Sequence record: SRR31156797_528
Strand: one strand, 5' to 3'
Length of the DNA: 60,857 bases
This document shows, in pieces, positions 58,378 through 60,857 of this stretch. The position numbers and the translations under genes were made by a program. How positions within the stretch are numbered: the first letter of the stretch is position 1; each line of letters begins with the position of its first letter. The notes beneath the pieces were generated by a model. The model ran no database searches, was not told the DNA's origin, and saw nothing but the letters and a program-made list of their open reading frames with translations.

Positions 58378-59232
58378 TTATCGATTTACATTAGCTTGTC
58401 CATGAATTCTTTTTTCATGAATTCTGCGCTGGATAGTTTTTTTGACTAATAAAATAGCCAGATATACTATTGTAGTCAATATAATTATACAAACTCCAGA
58501 TGGAATATTAATATAATATGATATAGCTAATCCAGTAATACAAAAGAACATACTTATAATAGCTGATGAAATTACAACTTTTCCAAAAGACTTAAAGAAT
58601 AGTTTTGCGATGGATGTTGGAGCAGTCATAAGAGCTATGGTTAAAATAATACCAACAATTCTGATAAGTACTATAATACCTATTGGAATTATCAAATATA
58701 CTAAAAATTTAATCAGTTTAATATTGATGTTCTTTGCGCTGGCAAATTCTTCATCGAAAAGGTAAACAATCCAGTAATTATATAAAAGGATAAATACAAA
58801 TAGTATTATAGCTGTAAATATACTCATTGATAGAATTGCTGTATTTGATATTGATAATATATCGCCGAAAAGATAACTGGTCATATCTGGCATATAGCCT
58901 GGCTTTAGTGAAATAAACAGTATGCCTAATGCCATACCAAAAGACCATAATATACCTGTCAATGTATCGGCATTTACTCGTTTGCTTTTGGACAATTTTG
59001 ATATTAATCCTGATGAAGCGATTGCGAAAGCAAGACCACCCAGAATAGGTTCAAATCCTAACAGATATCCTAAACCTATACCACCAAATGAGGCATGGGC
59101 AATACCACCAGACATGCTGATTAGTTTTTTCTCAATTGCTATAGTACCAATAATACCTGTTACAATGCTTGCTAAGACTGCAGCAATCAGTGCATTTTTC
59201 ATAAAAGTATAGTTTAATATTGCTTGAATCAT
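58378..59232 (-). CDS. znuB: Metal (Zn/Mn) ABC transporter permease, ZnuB-like
   Basis: GIAHASFGG, YLFGDIL, FDEEFA, VGIIL, PSG..I. Confidence 0.85.
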   Translation of the reverse strand: MIQAILNYTFMKNALIAAVLASIVTGIIGTIAIEKKLISMSGGIAHASFGGIGLGYLLGFEPILGGLAFAIASSGLISKLSKSKRVNADTLTGILWSFGMALGILFISLKPGYMPDMTSYLFGDILSISNTAILSMSIFTAIILFVFILLYNYWIVYLFDEEFASAKNINIKLIKFLVYLIIPIGIIVLIRIVGIILTIALMTAPTSIAKLFFKSFGKVVISSAIISMFFCITGLAISYYINIPSGVCIIILTTIVYLAILLVKKTIQRRIHEKRIHGQANVNR

Positions 59233-59912
59233 AATTTTATACCATTATTTAAACTTTCTTTTAAGATATTAGGATTGTCATAATATTTAGCAGTTTTATT
59301 TACATATACTGCACTATCAGCAATATCCAAAAAATAGTCAATATTGTGACTTACCAGCAAAATTGCCTTAAACAATTTCAATTTGTTAAGCAGTAAATGC
59401 AGTTCTTCCAGTGATTCTATATCCAGATTGCTGTCTGGCTCATCCAAGACTATTATATCTGCATCTGCAGCTAGTGCCCTTGCAATAATCACACGTTTTA
59501 GCTGACCACCTGATAGTTGATTAATACCTCTGTTTTCAAATCCATCTAACCCTACAGTAGTAATAGCACTCTGCGCTTTTTTCTTATTCTCCTTTGAATA
59601 TTTGAAAAATGGCTTTATACCTTTATTCAATGTTCCTGTCAGAACAACTTCCTTCACAGTTATTGGGAATGAATCATCAAAGTTGAATTTTTGTGCCACG
59701 TATCCAATTGTCAAATTTTCTTTAATTAAAAGGCTGCCGTCATCAGGTTTTAACAGTCCTGAGAAAAGCTTAATCAATGTACTTTTCCCTCCACCATTAG
59801 GACCTACGAGGACGGTCAGCCCTTTGGCAGGAATTGAAAATGTTACATCAGTTACTGCACATACATTTTCATAGCAGTACCTTACATTTTTAAATTCTGC
59901 TGCATGTTTCAC
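59229..59912 (-). CDS. znuC: Metal ABC transporter ATPase, ZnuC-like
   Basis: GPNGGGKST, YVAQ, FPITVKEVV, LSGGQ, LDEP, SH. Confidence 0.85.
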   Translation of the reverse strand: MKHAAEFKNVRYCYENVCAVTDVTFSIPAKGLTVLVGPNGGGKSTLIKLFSGLLKPDDGSLLIKENLTIGYVAQKFNFDDSFPITVKEVVLTGTLNKGIKPFFKYSKENKKKAQSAITTVGLDGFENRGINQLSGGQLKRVIIARALAADADIIVLDEPDSNLDIESLEELHLLLNKLKLFKAILLVSHNIDYFLDIADSAVYVNKTAKYYDNPNILKESLNNGIKL

Positions 59913-59918
59913 TTTTGT

Positions 59919-60824
59919 TTAATCTCCGTTATTTGATAATGCATTTGCGAAATTACGTAGACCTTGTATATAATCTTTAGTTAAAGGAGCAGATTTTACA
60001 ACTGAACCTCCGATTTCCTGTGCTACAGTCTGCGCTTGAGTATCATCAAACTCGTCTTGATAGAATATAGCTGATATACCAATTTCCTTTGCATGTTCTA
60101 TTAGTTCTTCCAATGAAGCTGCAGTAGCGGCTTTGCCATCAGCTTCAATTGCTATCATTTCTAGTCCATAATCATCAGAAAAATATCCATAAGCTCCATG
60201 ATATATCATAAATGCCTTTTTGTCCATATTGCTTACAATATCAGTAATATCACTATCTAGTGCTTCCAAATCATTAATAAATTTTTCTGCATTTTCTTGA
60301 TATACCTGTGAGTTTTCTTCATCCAGTTTTGAAAGCTCGTCCGCTATTGTCTGAACCATAACCATTGCTCGTTTAGGTGACAGCCAGATATGAGGATCAA
60401 CGGTTTGCTCATCCGTATTTTCATCTGAGCTACCACCCATATATCTTAGCGGGTATTGTTCGCTTACTACATCACGCAGATTAACCAGAGTAATTTCCTC
60501 GTTAAAGTCAGCGATTTTTGGAAGGATATTTGCTTCCTCTGTTGGAACATGCATAACAAAATAAATATCTGCATCTGATAATGCCTGCATTTCCGTTGTA
60601 GTAGGCTGATAGTTTGCAGGACTGTTTCCTGGTGGGATTATGGTTACGATTTCTACTAAGTCTCCGGCTACAGCTTCAATAAATCCTGTTTCAGGAACAA
60701 TGCTTGAAGCAATAATAAGTTTATCATCACCTGACGTTTGCTCATTCTCAGCGGAAGTACATCCAGATAAAACAAGTAAAAACATAAGTGAAAAAGACAA
60801 TATTAAAATAAGTAATTTTTTCAT
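59919..60824 (-). CDS. znuA: Metal ABC transporter substrate-binding lipoprotein (cluster A-I, ZnuA-like)
   Basis: Lipobox LSGC, DPHIWLSP, YHGAYGYF; ATG 60824 after AAGGAGG. Confidence 0.8.
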   Translation of the reverse strand: MKKLLILILSFSLMFLLVLSGCTSAENEQTSGDDKLIIASSIVPETGFIEAVAGDLVEIVTIIPPGNSPANYQPTTTEMQALSDADIYFVMHVPTEEANILPKIADFNEEITLVNLRDVVSEQYPLRYMGGSSDENTDEQTVDPHIWLSPKRAMVMVQTIADELSKLDEENSQVYQENAEKFINDLEALDSDITDIVSNMDKKAFMIYHGAYGYFSDDYGLEMIAIEADGKAATAASLEELIEHAKEIGISAIFYQDEFDDTQAQTVAQEIGGSVVKSAPLTKDYIQGLRNFANALSNNGD

Positions 60825-60834
60825 TACAACCTCC

Positions 60835-60857
60835 TTATTGCAAATCATTTGCAATAA
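60835..60857. promoter_or_regulatory. Fur/Zur-family operator
   Basis: Perfect 11-1-11 palindrome TTATTGCAAAT-C-ATTTGCAATAA abutting the znuA RBS. Confidence 0.75.

Noticed and set aside
3233-59874. Numerous 60-175 aa ORFs nested in or antisense to long genes (e.g. 5506-5895, 9403-9828, 27699-28127, 36919-37386, 39313-39840)
   Set aside because: Shadow frames of well-supported genes, with atypical composition and no motifs
1-60857. CRISPR arrays, tRNA/rRNA, transposases, integrases, prophage genes, frameshifted or read-through genes
   Set aside because: None seen by eye; the long ORFs appear intact and the intergenic regions lack regular repeats

Overview
AT-rich bacterial chromosome segment, consistent with an anaerobic Firmicute (Clostridia-like RBSs, sigma-A promoters, Rex and MetR/MtaR boxes). 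From left to right: partial metE with a LysR regulator; two SAM methyltransferases; an orphan operon encoding a short EF-Ts, a TetR regulator and a small conserved-looking protein; an AraC-rhaB-rhaA-aldolase rhamnose operon; and a ~40 kb intracellular oligosaccharide-utilisation island (GH43, GH31, GH95, GH63-like, GH42, GH127-like, GH2, 2x GH106-like, GH29, four SGNH esterases, an alpha/beta esterase, a sugar ABC transporter, LacI and a YesMN-type two-component system). The island also holds an unexplained catabolic set: two heavily altered transaldolase-family proteins, a one-cysteine racemase-fold protein, a split transketolase and a KdgF-like cupin. It is followed by a trimeric [FeFe]-hydrogenase with a likely Rex site whose beta subunit is fused to a GltD/NfnB-like NADPH module, and a metal ABC transporter with a Zur-like box. 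No rRNA, tRNA, CRISPR or mobile element was seen. The best candidates for undescribed systems are the TetR-operator-controlled EF-Ts paralogue operon, the divergent aldolase/racemase/transketolase sugar pathway and the HydB-GltD fusion hydrogenase. All family calls come from reading motifs by eye; no database search was run.
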